Shown: positions 1 through 9,207, counted from the first letter of the stretch. The stretch is 51,567 nucleotides of DNA from Bacteroidota bacterium (GCA_039198585.1 JBCCTJ010000001.1:1-51567), one strand, 5' to 3'. The notes: generated by a model not told the origin, from the letters alone. Made by a program: numbers and translations.

Positions 1-1
1 A

Positions 2-229
2 ATAGAAAAGGCGTGGCAAGAAGAGAAAGAAGCACTCCAGAAAGAGCTCAATGAAGCCAAGCAAACCATAGCGGATGAGAAAGCTAACCTAACAGCAACC
101 CGATCTTCCCTAGCAAGAGTCAAATGGATCGCATGGATTGCTTCTTTCCTGACAGTAGGTATGCTAATGAGCTTACTCTATCAGCATAAAAAGCAAAAGA
201 ATGAAGCTAATCATCTAACAAATTATTAG
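2..229 (+). CDS. 3' end of a CDS entering from upstream: coiled-coil protein with a C-terminal transmembrane anchor (partial)
   Basis: The frame is open from the window edge to TAG at 227-229. The translation ...EKAWQEEKEALQKELNEAKQTIADEKANL... is followed by the hydrophobic segment WIAWIASFLTVGMLMSLLY close to the C-terminus. Confidence 0.5.
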   Translation: MEKAWQEEKEALQKELNEAKQTIADEKANLTATRSSLARVKWIAWIASFLTVGMLMSLLYQHKKQKNEANHLTNY

Positions 230-255
230 CTTCAATAATACATCAAAAAAATAAC

Positions 256-1329
256 ATGACTTCACCTTTTAAATTATTACACTATTGGCTCTTGCTAGCA
301 GGGTTATTTTTATCAAGCATCCATAGTACAAAAGTCACCATTCCCCAAGAGCAATCAAGTAGGATTCATCCCAAACAAATAGGGTTAGCTCACGCTACGA
401 AAACAAAAAAGACCATCATAGCAACAGTACTCATCACTACAGTCACTACTGTGATCACTTACTTTGCTTATCATCTATCCAAAGGAAAAATTCAGCAAAA
501 AGAGGAGGATCATCTATCAAAAAAGGGAAATCATAACCCAAATAAGCTGCTAGAAAACAACCAAGAAGGAAAGGCTAAACAGACGGAAACGACTAACCAG
601 GCTACAGAGAGTGAGAATAGTATGATTAGCCAAACAAAAAGAGAGGATTTGCTTAAGCAGCTGAAAGAAAAAGCAGGTAGCAAGGATGGGAAACCATTGA
701 TCTCTGTGCATGGACTACCTAAAAAAAGAGATACCCCTATTTGGCTTTTTCAAAATGGCTGTTTTCGAATTCCTCATACTTCCCATTTCAAGGGCATTCT
801 AACCACTTACAGGCTTTTAGCAAAGGCTGGTTATACCCAAGTGATAATCAAAATAGCACCCTCTCATCAAATGTGGATCAATCATAAGTGTCAAAGAGAT
901 CAACATAGGCAAAAAGAAAAAGGAATGAGCTATTTAGTATGTCCCGACCACAATACACGTGCTCAACTGATCACATCGCTGCTTGACAATCTCCAAAAAG
1001 TAGGGACAATCACTACCCAAGAACGTAACAAGATTGAAGTGGATGGCAAACTAGAAAAAGAGAATAGTGATGACTGGACTAGAATAGTAGACAAACTACG
1101 AAGAGATCATCCAAAAGTAAAAGTAATTTACTGCTGTGGGGAAGACCTACTGCAATACACAAACAGTGTTATCATTCAAGATCAAATCGCCTTTAAGAGA
1201 AATGTAGCCAGCGGCCTATCCAGTACGGCTATCATCACAGGAAAAGGCAACTACAGACAAGCACTCAAAGAAAGTCTGCCTGACTATTATGTTATGCTCC
1301 AAGCTACCTTCCCCGATCTTAAGTTATAA
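256..1329 (+). CDS. Membrane-anchored protein with a C-terminal NMNAT/NadD-like nucleotidyltransferase domain
   Basis: N-terminal signal-like segment plus a TM (TIIATVLITTVTTVITYFAY) and a Lys/Glu-rich linker. The C-domain motifs are GCFRIPHTSH (GxFxPxHxxH type), PKVKVIYCCGEDLLQY (compare PKVKLLCGADLL of eukaryotic NMNAT) and GLSSTAII...SLPDYYV (ISSTxIR-like, Arg not conserved). Confidence 0.55.
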   Translation: MTSPFKLLHYWLLLAGLFLSSIHSTKVTIPQEQSSRIHPKQIGLAHATKTKKTIIATVLITTVTTVITYFAYHLSKGKIQQKEEDHLSKKGNHNPNKLLENNQEGKAKQTETTNQATESENSMISQTKREDLLKQLKEKAGSKDGKPLISVHGLPKKRDTPIWLFQNGCFRIPHTSHFKGILTTYRLLAKAGYTQVIIKIAPSHQMWINHKCQRDQHRQKEKGMSYLVCPDHNTRAQLITSLLDNLQKVGTITTQERNKIEVDGKLEKENSDDWTRIVDKLRRDHPKVKVIYCCGEDLLQYTNSVIIQDQIAFKRNVASGLSSTAIITGKGNYRQALKESLPDYYVMLQATFPDLKL

Positions 1330-1367
1330 TAAAGATCCGTAGTCAACCATGGATCGATCAAGTTGAG

Positions 1368-3470
1368 TTACCTCACAGTGATCGTTAGTGCTCCCTGATC
1401 GTCAAGCCAGTGAAATAGATTTAAACGTTTTTGTTCGGCAGAAATACATGCTCCTAACACAACAACTTGGGGGAGCTTCCCCTGATAGTGCGTCAAGTGC
1501 TGGGCAACCCTAACTGCCTGATGAGAAGAGATGATCCAAATATCGCTGACATAAGGGATAGGTAACTGAGTAGCTAGCAAAGATGGGAGTAGCCAAACAA
1601 TTCGTCTGCCTTGCCAAGTGAGGTAACGAACACCCTCCTCACAGGAAGTAACCAGCAATGGATCATTTACACAGTCAGCCCACCGATACCATTGAACTTG
1701 CTGAGTACGCATAGCAGCCATACTAGGCACCACCGCATGCTGAAAGATAGCATCATGCCGCTCAAGGCTGCCCTCTACTAAAAAGAGACCTTGGGTTCCT
1801 CTATAGCAAGCTATTACCATGTGGGGAGAGAGGCTATAAATAATGATTTTGGCCTGTCGCTGACAACAAGCATAATCATAAGCCCATTTACTCAGAAAAG
1901 CTAAGAGCAAAGCAAATGCAGTCCAAGTGTAATATTTTTTGCGACAGATGATTCTCTGCAAACCCGCTAATAAACTTCCATAAAGTAGGAAGATTGTGCT
2001 CAAAGGCCAATAAATAGCATCGATGTAAGCAGCAGGAAGCGACCGAATAAGCCGCAGAGCAGCATGTATGCTTGTCAATAATTTGACAAGCAAAGCAATA
2101 AGCCATCGATGGAGTAACCCCAATGAGCAAGAAAAATTACTCAGTAAGCTGATGAATAGTAGAGGAGTAAGTAAGGGAACGACCAGTGAGTTAGCAAGCC
2201 AGCTATAGAGAGGTATTCCATGAAAATAATAAAGAGTCAAAGGAAGTGTGCCTATCTGTATAGTCAATGATAAGACAATGAGCTGCCACCATGCACGCAG
2301 CCACGGATGATGAGGTAAATAGCTATTCGCAAGCAGCGGCACATAGAGGGCAATCATCGAGGCTACGGCTATAAAAGATAGCTGAAAGCTCACACTGAAA
2401 AGTAAGTAAGGATTGTAAAGCAATAAGATCAGCGCAGTAAAAGCTAAGATATTGGTCGGTATGATATCACGTTCTAGCCACTTGCCTAGCTGATAGAAAA
2501 ACAACATCACCATAGCACGCAATATAGGAGGAGCTAAGCCTGTAATCAAAGAATAACCTAGTAGAGCAGTCCATGTAATCCTCAGCTGGTATTGCATGAG
2601 GCAAGGCAAAAGAAGGCTCAGCCAGTAGATTAGCAGTAACAAAAGATAGTAGAGCAAGCCTACATGCAGCCCAGAAACAGCTAGGATATGCATCACACCT
2701 GTCTCAGTATAAAGAGCTTTTATTTCTTCATTGAGCTCAAGACGATTTCCCCATAGCATCGCTACAACAACAGCTGCTATATCAGGATCTTCGATGCTTT
2801 TTTGTATGATATTTGTCATTTTTTGCCTCCATAGATGAAGCCATCCAAGCAGAAAAACCTTAGGGGAGGAAGAGATGATCATCCACTGCTTAGTGGATAA
2901 ATGATGCTGGTGAGCAATCCCTTTGCTTTGCCAGGCAAGGGCCCAGTTGGTCATATAAGGATTGCGGTTTGGTACAACAGAAGTAGGAGCACCTTGGATG
3001 CGTAATCGCTGACCATACGCCATACGCTTAGAAGCACCCCAGCCACTCATAGCTATTTTCCCAGAAGCTTTTTGCCACTCCCCATCTATTTTGACCTGTT
3101 TGACAAGCAGTGTAGTCCTGTAATGACGACGACGCATGATCACTGGCGCCACAATCACTGCCTCATACTCCTCCATTCTAGGAAGGCAATGGACAAAGTG
3201 ATCTTGCTGCTCGAAAGGATCTTGACGAGCTAGCAAATAGTAGCCGCCAGCAAAAAGTGTACATAGCATACAGATCAAGGCAAGGATGCGATAGCAGGGC
3301 TTATACAAAGAGAGTACTACTTGTATGAAAAAGAGACTTCCCAAGCAATACCAACTGATCAGCCGATAGCCAGGCAAGCAGTAAGCAGTGATAATGCCCA
3401 TCATATAGCTAGCAAGTAAGGGGAAAAAGGGAGTACGCCACCGGGAATAGTCAAAAAAAGAAAGGATCAT
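1368..3470 (-). CDS. comEC: ComEC/Rec2 family DNA internalisation channel protein
   Basis: 700-aa polytopic membrane protein with the hallmark motif HILAVSGLHVGLL and the typical N-terminal DUF4131-like region. Confidence 0.85.
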   Translation of the reverse strand: MILSFFDYSRWRTPFFPLLASYMMGIITAYCLPGYRLISWYCLGSLFFIQVVLSLYKPCYRILALICMLCTLFAGGYYLLARQDPFEQQDHFVHCLPRMEEYEAVIVAPVIMRRRHYRTTLLVKQVKIDGEWQKASGKIAMSGWGASKRMAYGQRLRIQGAPTSVVPNRNPYMTNWALAWQSKGIAHQHHLSTKQWMIISSSPKVFLLGWLHLWRQKMTNIIQKSIEDPDIAAVVVAMLWGNRLELNEEIKALYTETGVMHILAVSGLHVGLLYYLLLLLIYWLSLLLPCLMQYQLRITWTALLGYSLITGLAPPILRAMVMLFFYQLGKWLERDIIPTNILAFTALILLLYNPYLLFSVSFQLSFIAVASMIALYVPLLANSYLPHHPWLRAWWQLIVLSLTIQIGTLPLTLYYFHGIPLYSWLANSLVVPLLTPLLFISLLSNFSCSLGLLHRWLIALLVKLLTSIHAALRLIRSLPAAYIDAIYWPLSTIFLLYGSLLAGLQRIICRKKYYTWTAFALLLAFLSKWAYDYACCQRQAKIIIYSLSPHMVIACYRGTQGLFLVEGSLERHDAIFQHAVVPSMAAMRTQQVQWYRWADCVNDPLLVTSCEEGVRYLTWQGRRIVWLLPSLLATQLPIPYVSDIWIISSHQAVRVAQHLTHYQGKLPQVVVLGACISAEQKRLNLFHWLDDQGALTITVR

Positions 3471-3508
3471 TTGTTTATTATTGTATGATTATAACAATAA
3501 TAAACAAA
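3470..3508. repeat. Perfect 15-bp inverted repeat (hairpin, 9-nt loop) abutting the comEC start codon
   Basis: tttgtttattattgt (3470-3484), loop atgattata, acaataataaacaaa (3494-3508). It lies 60 nt downstream of the stop of the 3569-6259 gene and overlaps the last base of the comEC ATG (3468-3470 on the minus strand). Confidence 0.6.
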
Positions 3509-3568
3509 TATGATCAATTAAGATGCTATACTGCGTACTACTTCTACCAAGCCACAGTGAAAGAGATG

Positions 3569-6259
3569 CTAGGCGCTTAACTTACTAGCACGCCTATTTT
3601 TGCTGAACCAAGAAGTTACGTATCGGGTAAAAGTAGGCAATAATAAATCGATTATTTGGATCCCAAAAGCACCGATCCCGAACCCCCAAATAAGCAATAA
3701 GAAAAATTGATAATAGGTATTTTTTGGAAGATTGGTATCTTTTTCATCTGCATGAGTAGTATGTAAAGCAGCTTGAACGAGATCATCAGTAGATAGTTCG
3801 ACTGGATGCTGAGTAACCTGAAGGTTTATAGGCTGTTTTTTATGAAGTATGCTCGGCTCGATGACCTCAATAAGCTCGCCAATGGTAGCAGTAACGCGTT
3901 CCATGATCTGATTCTCTCCTACAATGTAGACCTCTTGATCTTGTATTTGGTGAGTAATATGCAGTTGTACAATCTGCTTAGGACGATACTGATCATGCAT
4001 CAAAGTAAGTACTTGTTCCAACTTTGTACTGCCTGGCAGCCACCCTATTTCAACACTAGTAGGATATTCGGGAGCATCAGCAGCATATTCCATGAAAACA
4101 GTGACATGGTAGTATTGAATGTTGGGCTGCTTAGGCTTGGCTCCCGAAGGAGCAGCCGATACTGAAGGATTGCTTTGATTTTTCAATCTTTCTTCAGCCT
4201 CTTTTTTTTTGAATAAATGTTGCTGATACTCTTCTTTGAGCTTACTGATTATAGCATCTTTTTCTTGGACAGCAGCATTCATGTTTTGTATTACTTTTTC
4301 TTGCTGGTGGATAGTTATATCTTTTTTCGCAATAATAGATTGTTCATTTTTGTCTACTAATACAGTATTTTTTTCTTCTAAAGCTCTCACTTTTAATTTT
4401 AATGTTTCTTTTTCTATTGATTGTTGAGTAATCAATGTTTTGTTTTTTTGCAACTCATCCGTTAATTTTCTGATCTGCTTCTTATGTTGGCTATTGAGTT
4501 CCTTAGTATTTTTTTGAAGCTCCCATTCAAGCTTATTCTTTCCTTCTTGCTTTTTCAATTGTTTTTCGTTCTTTTGTATTTCCTGCATTTTTTTCTGTAC
4601 ATTATTTACAATCTCTTCTTGAATTGAAATAAAGACTTTCTCATTGAGCTGATCATTGAATAATAATCCACTTTCAACATTCCATGCTGCATTATATCCT
4701 TGCCTAAAAGCTTCTTCAAAGCCTTTTTGACAAGCAGCTTGTCTGATTTGATTCATAATCCGATCTTGATTTTCTTTATCTAACCAAGGCTGACTTTCCA
4801 AGTATAAGCCTAACGGCGTAATCATCAAAAACCGAAATTGATGCTCTTTTGCTAGATCCTTAAACTTGTCTTGTTCTTCATTTCCTTTGTCTTGACCTTG
4901 ATCATATGCGTATTGTGAAAAAGCTTCTTTGAATACGCTTTTGTATAGGTTTAAGAGACGATTAAGTTCCTTTTTTTGTTCAGCTTCATCTTTCTTTTTC
5001 ATAGCAAGATTAGCTAATGTCGTGACTAGCTCTTGATCTGTCACAAACTTACCTGCACGCATCTTTCCCCACGCTGCACTGGCCAAAATATATTGATTAT
5101 CTGATCTTTCTCGTTTCAAGTTATTATAATGGATTACTTCATCTAGTGAATCTGTACTTGGTGCTCTGAGCACAGTAGGAGTATACTGTATGAGGTCATA
5201 ATCTTTTTCCAGGGGCATAACGTTAGTGTTACCAAGTTCATCGAGGGAACTAGGATCAAAAATATTGGTTTTCCTCCTTTGTATTACTGGAGTGCGATTA
5301 CTTGCAATGTTCCAATTATCTTGGCTATCACCTTGATTATTTGCACTAAATATCTCTTGATAACTTTCAGCCTGCTCTTCAAGTAGTGCTATCTTATTTG
5401 TTAACTGCTTGTTTTTGCTATTAACATCACTTAGGGCATATTTTAGCTGAGTTATTTCCCAAGAAAGTTCTTTTTGTTTTTTTTCTAATGTCTCTTTTTG
5501 ATGCTGAAGTTGAACATGGGAATTTAGTCGAGCAAGTGCTTCTTCTTTCATTTTTTCTGAACTGCTTAGGGCTTTTTTAAGATTTTTCACCTTGTTATTG
5601 AGCATACCTACTTGTCCTTCTAATATTTCTTGTAAGTTCTCTGATTGTTTACTTTCAGGCTCATTAATCAGCTTATGGACTTGAGCGACTAGACGATCCG
5701 CTAGATCTGAATTCTTTGTTTCTAGTTCTTCTATTTGTTTTTTTTGTTGTAAAAACCGTGCTTGATTTTGCTTGTATTCAGTAGCAAGTAGTTGATATTG
5801 TTTTTTTGCCAACTCCAAACTTTGCTCAACTTGTATATAATTATCCAAAGTGATATAAGTCTTACTAATGTAAGACTTAAGCTTATTTTTTAAATTTTCT
5901 GAAAAATTTTTTAAATCAGCAATATCAATATCTGAGAACTCTTCTTGAGGAAAAATTTCTTGCAAAATAGAGATTACTTGCTGATTCGTCTGAGTTTGGA
6001 TCTGAGTTTGGAAAAGATTTTGCCATTCATTATTTGAACCTATACTTTTATTTTCATATCCTTGCTCCTCATAGGAATCAGAAAGGTTATTGAACACAAC
6101 AGTGTTCGTATCACTTGGATCATCTGACCCACTGAGTGAAGTAGCAGGAGCTATGAAGAGCAGACCCAAAAAAGCGAATTGAGTAAAAAAGAGGGAAAAA
6201 CTACGACACGGAATTTTGAGTTTAGCTAAGAGCAAGGATGTATAGTTAATAATTTTCAT
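3569..6259 (-). CDS. Large (896 aa) secreted or tail-anchored coiled-coil protein, function unknown
   Basis: N-terminal hydrophobic signal (FAFLGLLFIAPATS), several hundred residues of Lys/Glu/Gln-rich heptad-like sequence, a compact C-terminal globular region and a terminal TM (FFLLLIWGFGIGAFGIQIIDLLL). Confidence 0.7.
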   Translation of the reverse strand: MKIINYTSLLLAKLKIPCRSFSLFFTQFAFLGLLFIAPATSLSGSDDPSDTNTVVFNNLSDSYEEQGYENKSIGSNNEWQNLFQTQIQTQTNQQVISILQEIFPQEEFSDIDIADLKNFSENLKNKLKSYISKTYITLDNYIQVEQSLELAKKQYQLLATEYKQNQARFLQQKKQIEELETKNSDLADRLVAQVHKLINEPESKQSENLQEILEGQVGMLNNKVKNLKKALSSSEKMKEEALARLNSHVQLQHQKETLEKKQKELSWEITQLKYALSDVNSKNKQLTNKIALLEEQAESYQEIFSANNQGDSQDNWNIASNRTPVIQRRKTNIFDPSSLDELGNTNVMPLEKDYDLIQYTPTVLRAPSTDSLDEVIHYNNLKRERSDNQYILASAAWGKMRAGKFVTDQELVTTLANLAMKKKDEAEQKKELNRLLNLYKSVFKEAFSQYAYDQGQDKGNEEQDKFKDLAKEHQFRFLMITPLGLYLESQPWLDKENQDRIMNQIRQAACQKGFEEAFRQGYNAAWNVESGLLFNDQLNEKVFISIQEEIVNNVQKKMQEIQKNEKQLKKQEGKNKLEWELQKNTKELNSQHKKQIRKLTDELQKNKTLITQQSIEKETLKLKVRALEEKNTVLVDKNEQSIIAKKDITIHQQEKVIQNMNAAVQEKDAIISKLKEEYQQHLFKKKEAEERLKNQSNPSVSAAPSGAKPKQPNIQYYHVTVFMEYAADAPEYPTSVEIGWLPGSTKLEQVLTLMHDQYRPKQIVQLHITHQIQDQEVYIVGENQIMERVTATIGELIEVIEPSILHKKQPINLQVTQHPVELSTDDLVQAALHTTHADEKDTNLPKNTYYQFFLLLIWGFGIGAFGIQIIDLLLPTFTRYVTSWFSKNRRASKLSA

Positions 6260-6361
6260 ATTAATTGTCTCACAAAATTACAAGATTTGACTTAGTAAAG
6301 CAAAAGTTTAGTGAAAAGTTGAAGATTACTTATCAAAAATTGTAAGTTGCACCTTAAACTT

Positions 6362-7228
6362 ATGGCAACCAATAAAAGCACCCTCAATCGCATTAATACA
6401 GTAACGCTCACTAAGCAGATCACTCAGACCATGAAAATGGTAGCTGTCTCTAGCTTGGAAAAGCAAAAAAAAGAAGCAGCAATTATTGAGATGTACTACC
6501 ACTCGCTACAAGGGCTTGTATCTCAACTGCATCCCACTTCATCCTCCTTCGATTTACCGTACATCAAGGTAAGAAAAGTCGAGAGAGTATTACTCATAGT
6601 ATTAACAACTGACAAAGGGCTTTGTGGCTCCTTCGGGAGTAGTGTATTGAGTAGTTTGACCCATGAGCATGAACAGCTCCGCAAGGAGAAAAAAGATGTC
6701 ATGCTGCTTCCTATAGGTAAAAAGGGAGTAGCATTTTGTCAGCATCATGCGCTGCCCTACTTAGGGTTATATGGTCAAAATAATAACAAAAGTAGCTGGT
6801 CAGCGAGGGTCAAAGAAATCAGCGATCTTGTGCTCAATGCTTACATAGAGGAGAAGTACGATGAAGTTATCTGTCTCTATCAATCACATGCCGTAAGTCC
6901 TAGTCGGGACAATGTAACAGTAGAGAAACTCTTGCCAGTGAGTATGGCAGCACAAAGTAGGAGTAGCCATACTAGCTATATCATCTACGAGCCCAACCCA
7001 GTAGTAGTACATGAGGCAATCTATCCCCAGCTAGTGCGCACTAAACTGGCCCACATGATAGCTGTAGGGCAAACAGCTGAGCAAAAGGCAAGGATGATGG
7101 CTATGCATCAAGCTACGGACAATGCCGAAAGACTACTCAAAGAGTTAAAAACCCTCTATAATCGCACAAGGCAAGCCAATATTACGGGAGAGATCAATGA
7201 AATCAATGCGGGCACGTTATCACGCTAA
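6362..7228 (+). CDS. atpG: F0F1 ATP synthase subunit gamma
   Basis: The N-terminus MATNKSTLNRINTVTLTKQITQTMKMVAVSSL and the C-terminus RQANITGEINEINAGT match AtpG signatures. The ORF track starts at TTG 6347; the ATG at 6362 is the likelier start. Confidence 0.85.
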   Translation: MATNKSTLNRINTVTLTKQITQTMKMVAVSSLEKQKKEAAIIEMYYHSLQGLVSQLHPTSSSFDLPYIKVRKVERVLLIVLTTDKGLCGSFGSSVLSSLTHEHEQLRKEKKDVMLLPIGKKGVAFCQHHALPYLGLYGQNNNKSSWSARVKEISDLVLNAYIEEKYDEVICLYQSHAVSPSRDNVTVEKLLPVSMAAQSRSSHTSYIIYEPNPVVVHEAIYPQLVRTKLAHMIAVGQTAEQKARMMAMHQATDNAERLLKELKTLYNRTRQANITGEINEINAGTLSR

Positions 7229-7239
7229 TATAGGCAATC

Positions 7240-7581
7240 ATGAAAAGAGAACGTATCAAAAAGTTAGTGCATACAACGCTTAGTCGTTACTTTCAAAAGC
7301 ATCTACAAGGTTTGATGACAACTATCACGGAGATATCCATCACACCTAGATTGGATATCGTGAAAGTATATGTAAGCTTCCTATCGCCCAAGCAGGATAT
7401 CGACCAGGAGAAGTTTTTACAAGAGTCGGTAATCCCTCACACGTGGGATATTAAAAAAGAACTGGCCTATCAACTCAAGAATGCTGTACGGACAGTACCG
7501 AAAGATATACGTTTTTATGTAGATAGTACCCCAGAGAAAGCAGCTGCCATGGAAAGCTTATTGCGTACTTTACGCAACTAA
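7240..7581 (+). CDS. rbfA: Ribosome-binding factor A
   Basis: 113 aa. The pattern ITEISITPRLDIVKVYVSFL matches the RbfA KH-like fold signature, and the size is typical. Confidence 0.8.
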   Translation: MKRERIKKLVHTTLSRYFQKHLQGLMTTITEISITPRLDIVKVYVSFLSPKQDIDQEKFLQESVIPHTWDIKKELAYQLKNAVRTVPKDIRFYVDSTPEKAAAMESLLRTLRN

Positions 7582-7583
7582 TA

Positions 7584-7831
7584 GGTCGCGGGGGAGTCAG
7601 AAGTAGAGAGTTTTTTGCTCAAAACCACTTCATTTGAGTTCTAGACAAGGTTTTCCCTTGATACTCATAAACAAAAAAGAGTGAAATTCATCGCTTTTTG
7701 CTACTTTTTTTCATTTTCAGCGCAATTTTTACAGTTGGACGCAACTATTTTTATCTGAAAAATATTAACAGAGTCGCTCCTACAGTTACTTTTTTAATGA
7801 TTGCTACAGTTTCGTATTATACTGAGTGCCC
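7584..7831 (+). mobile_element. MITE-like repeat, copy 1
   Basis: Alignable by eye to 29601-29836. Shared blocks include gtcagaagtagaga, aaaaaagag..aaa.ttc, attttcag, gcaactatttttatct and ttaatgattgc.a.agtttcg. The ends are imperfect inverted repeats (ggggagtcag / actgagtgccc). Confidence 0.7.
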
Positions 7832-7896
7832 TTAGGTAAAAAAGGGCTATTCCAAATAGCTGCTACCAACTATGGATGATCGATATCAGCTTCCTT

Positions 7897-8589
7897 TTAT
7901 CCCTCTTCTTCATCTATCTTAAGTAAGTGAGGAGCGCGAGCCCGTGTGCGTGCAATGCTTTGTGTGAGCTTCCACTCATCAATTTGTTGCGCATTGCCTG
8001 TAAAGAGCACAGTAGGTACTGTTAAATCTCTGAAAGAAGCAGGACGTGTGTAAATAGGAGGTTCCAAAAGTCCATCTTGAAAAGAATCATTCAATGCTGA
8101 AGAAGCATCTGAGAGCACACCAGGTATCAGTCTTACTACAGCATCCACAACAATGGCAGCAGCCAGCTCTCCTCCTGAAATGACATACTCGCCTATACTA
8201 ACTTCGTGGGTAATAAAGTGTTCTCGTATCCTTTCATCCACACCTTTATAATGTCCACAAAGTAGCATTAAGTTTTGATCTAGGGAAAGCCTATTGGCCA
8301 TAGACTGGGTCAGTTTCTCTCCATCAGGAGCCATATAAATAATCTTGTCATAGTTTCGTGCTGCCTGCAATGCCTCAATACATCGCACAATAGGCTCCAC
8401 CATGAGCACCATACCAGCGCCGCCACCATAGGCATAATCGTCAATTTGGGCATGTTTGCCTAGTCCATGAGAACGTAGATCATGAATATGAATAGCTACT
8501 TGCTGCTTTTCAATAGCTCGTTTGACAATAGAATGACTAAAAGGACCTGAGAGAAGGCCGGGCTGACAAGTAATGATATCTACTCTCAT
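7897..8589 (-). CDS. trmD: tRNA (guanine37-N1)-methyltransferase
   Basis: MRVDIITCQPGLLSGPF..., DDYAYGGGAGMVL and GHYKGVDERI are TrmD signatures. Confidence 0.9.
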   Translation of the reverse strand: MRVDIITCQPGLLSGPFSHSIVKRAIEKQQVAIHIHDLRSHGLGKHAQIDDYAYGGGAGMVLMVEPIVRCIEALQAARNYDKIIYMAPDGEKLTQSMANRLSLDQNLMLLCGHYKGVDERIREHFITHEVSIGEYVISGGELAAAIVVDAVVRLIPGVLSDASSALNDSFQDGLLEPPIYTRPASFRDLTVPTVLFTGNAQQIDEWKLTQSIARTRARAPHLLKIDEEEG

Positions 8590-8613
8590 AGTCTATAGTG
8601 ATTCAAGAAAATG

Positions 8614-8687
8614 TAGCGAAGGAGAGACTTGAACTCTCGACCTCTGGGTTATGAATCCAGTGCTCTAACCAACTGAGCTACCTCGCC
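8614..8687 (-). tRNA. tRNA with CAT anticodon (elongator Met or lysidine-modified Ile2 type; not initiator-like)
   Basis: The reverse complement GGCGAGGTAGCTCAGTTGGTTAGAGCACTGGATTCATAACCCAGAGGTCGAGAGTTCAAGTCTCTCCTTCGCTA folds as a cloverleaf. It has a 7-bp acceptor stem with G-U pairs and a TTCAAGT T-loop. It lacks a C1-A72 mismatch. Confidence 0.85.
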
Positions 8688-8862
8688 AAGCCACAGCAAT
8701 AATATCACTTCTCATGCAAAATAGTAAGTTGGGAGCTCAAATTACTCTTGGCTGCTGGATATAGAGGTTCCTCGTTTTAATAAGAGTCAGTTAATCTAGA
8801 GGAAATTTTTGTGCTAATAAGGGAAAAATAGTTAGATTTGCCCATTAATAAAATAGTAAATT

Positions 8863-9207
8863 ATGGTTTCTATTATTATCAGTACAGTAGCTTTAGGTTT
8901 GGTAGTCATTTTGCTTGTCTTGGTAACACTGCTCCAAAAGCCCAAAGATGAAGGGCAAACACCACTCGGTAGTACTGGTCTTGACAACTTGGTAGGGGTA
9001 GCGCAAACTTCTACATTATTAGAAAAAATTACGTATTTTTTAGCGTTTCTTTTAGTAGCGCTTGTTTTAACCACATCCTATCTAGTCAAGCAGGAATATG
9101 GCCGTGAAGAAGTGCATGTTACCTCCAAGTATTTAAAGCAATACGAACAAGAGCTTCCTATAACAACAGAATCTTCTACGCCGGACCATACAACAACTGA
9201 AAAATAG
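8863..9207 (+). CDS. secG: Preprotein translocase subunit SecG
   Basis: Two-TM small protein with LLVLVTLLQKPKDEG...G..LLEKITYFLAFLL, the SecG pattern. Confidence 0.75.
   Translation: MVSIIISTVALGLVVILLVLVTLLQKPKDEGQTPLGSTGLDNLVGVAQTSTLLEKITYFLAFLLVALVLTTSYLVKQEYGREEVHVTSKYLKQYEQELPITTESSTPDHTTTEK

Noticed and set aside
1888-2130. Short ORFs nested in or antisense to long conserved genes: 1888-2130, 3806-4165, 4236-4427, 8832-9074, 10311-10505, 13975-14205, 15439-15624, 17371-17610, 22289-22492, 27439-27651, 27581-27823, 29931-30167, 34071-34436, 34524-34865, 35562-35855, 36626-36850, 37083-37358, 37792-37998, 38755-38946, 39973-40158, 40543-40740, 40759-40974, 45414-45674 and 46722-46925.
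   Set aside because: All overlap a much longer ORF that has clear family motifs. Their translations are low-complexity or hydrophobic runs typical of off-frame or antisense reading of AT-rich DNA, and they have no recognisable motifs.
5989-6012. Perfect tandem duplication of the 12-mer tctgagtttgga, considered as a possible repeat-array seed.
   Set aside because: There are only two units and they lie inside the coiled-coil CDS. The duplication encodes a duplicated QTQI/QTQT tetrapeptide. This is a replication-slippage duplication, not a CRISPR or regulatory array.
6362-7228. atpG standing alone (no atpA, atpD or atpC adjacent), considered as evidence of a dismantled ATP synthase.
   Set aside because: The ORF is intact with conserved termini. 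The atp genes are often split into several loci, and the window is too small to judge whether the other subunits are present.
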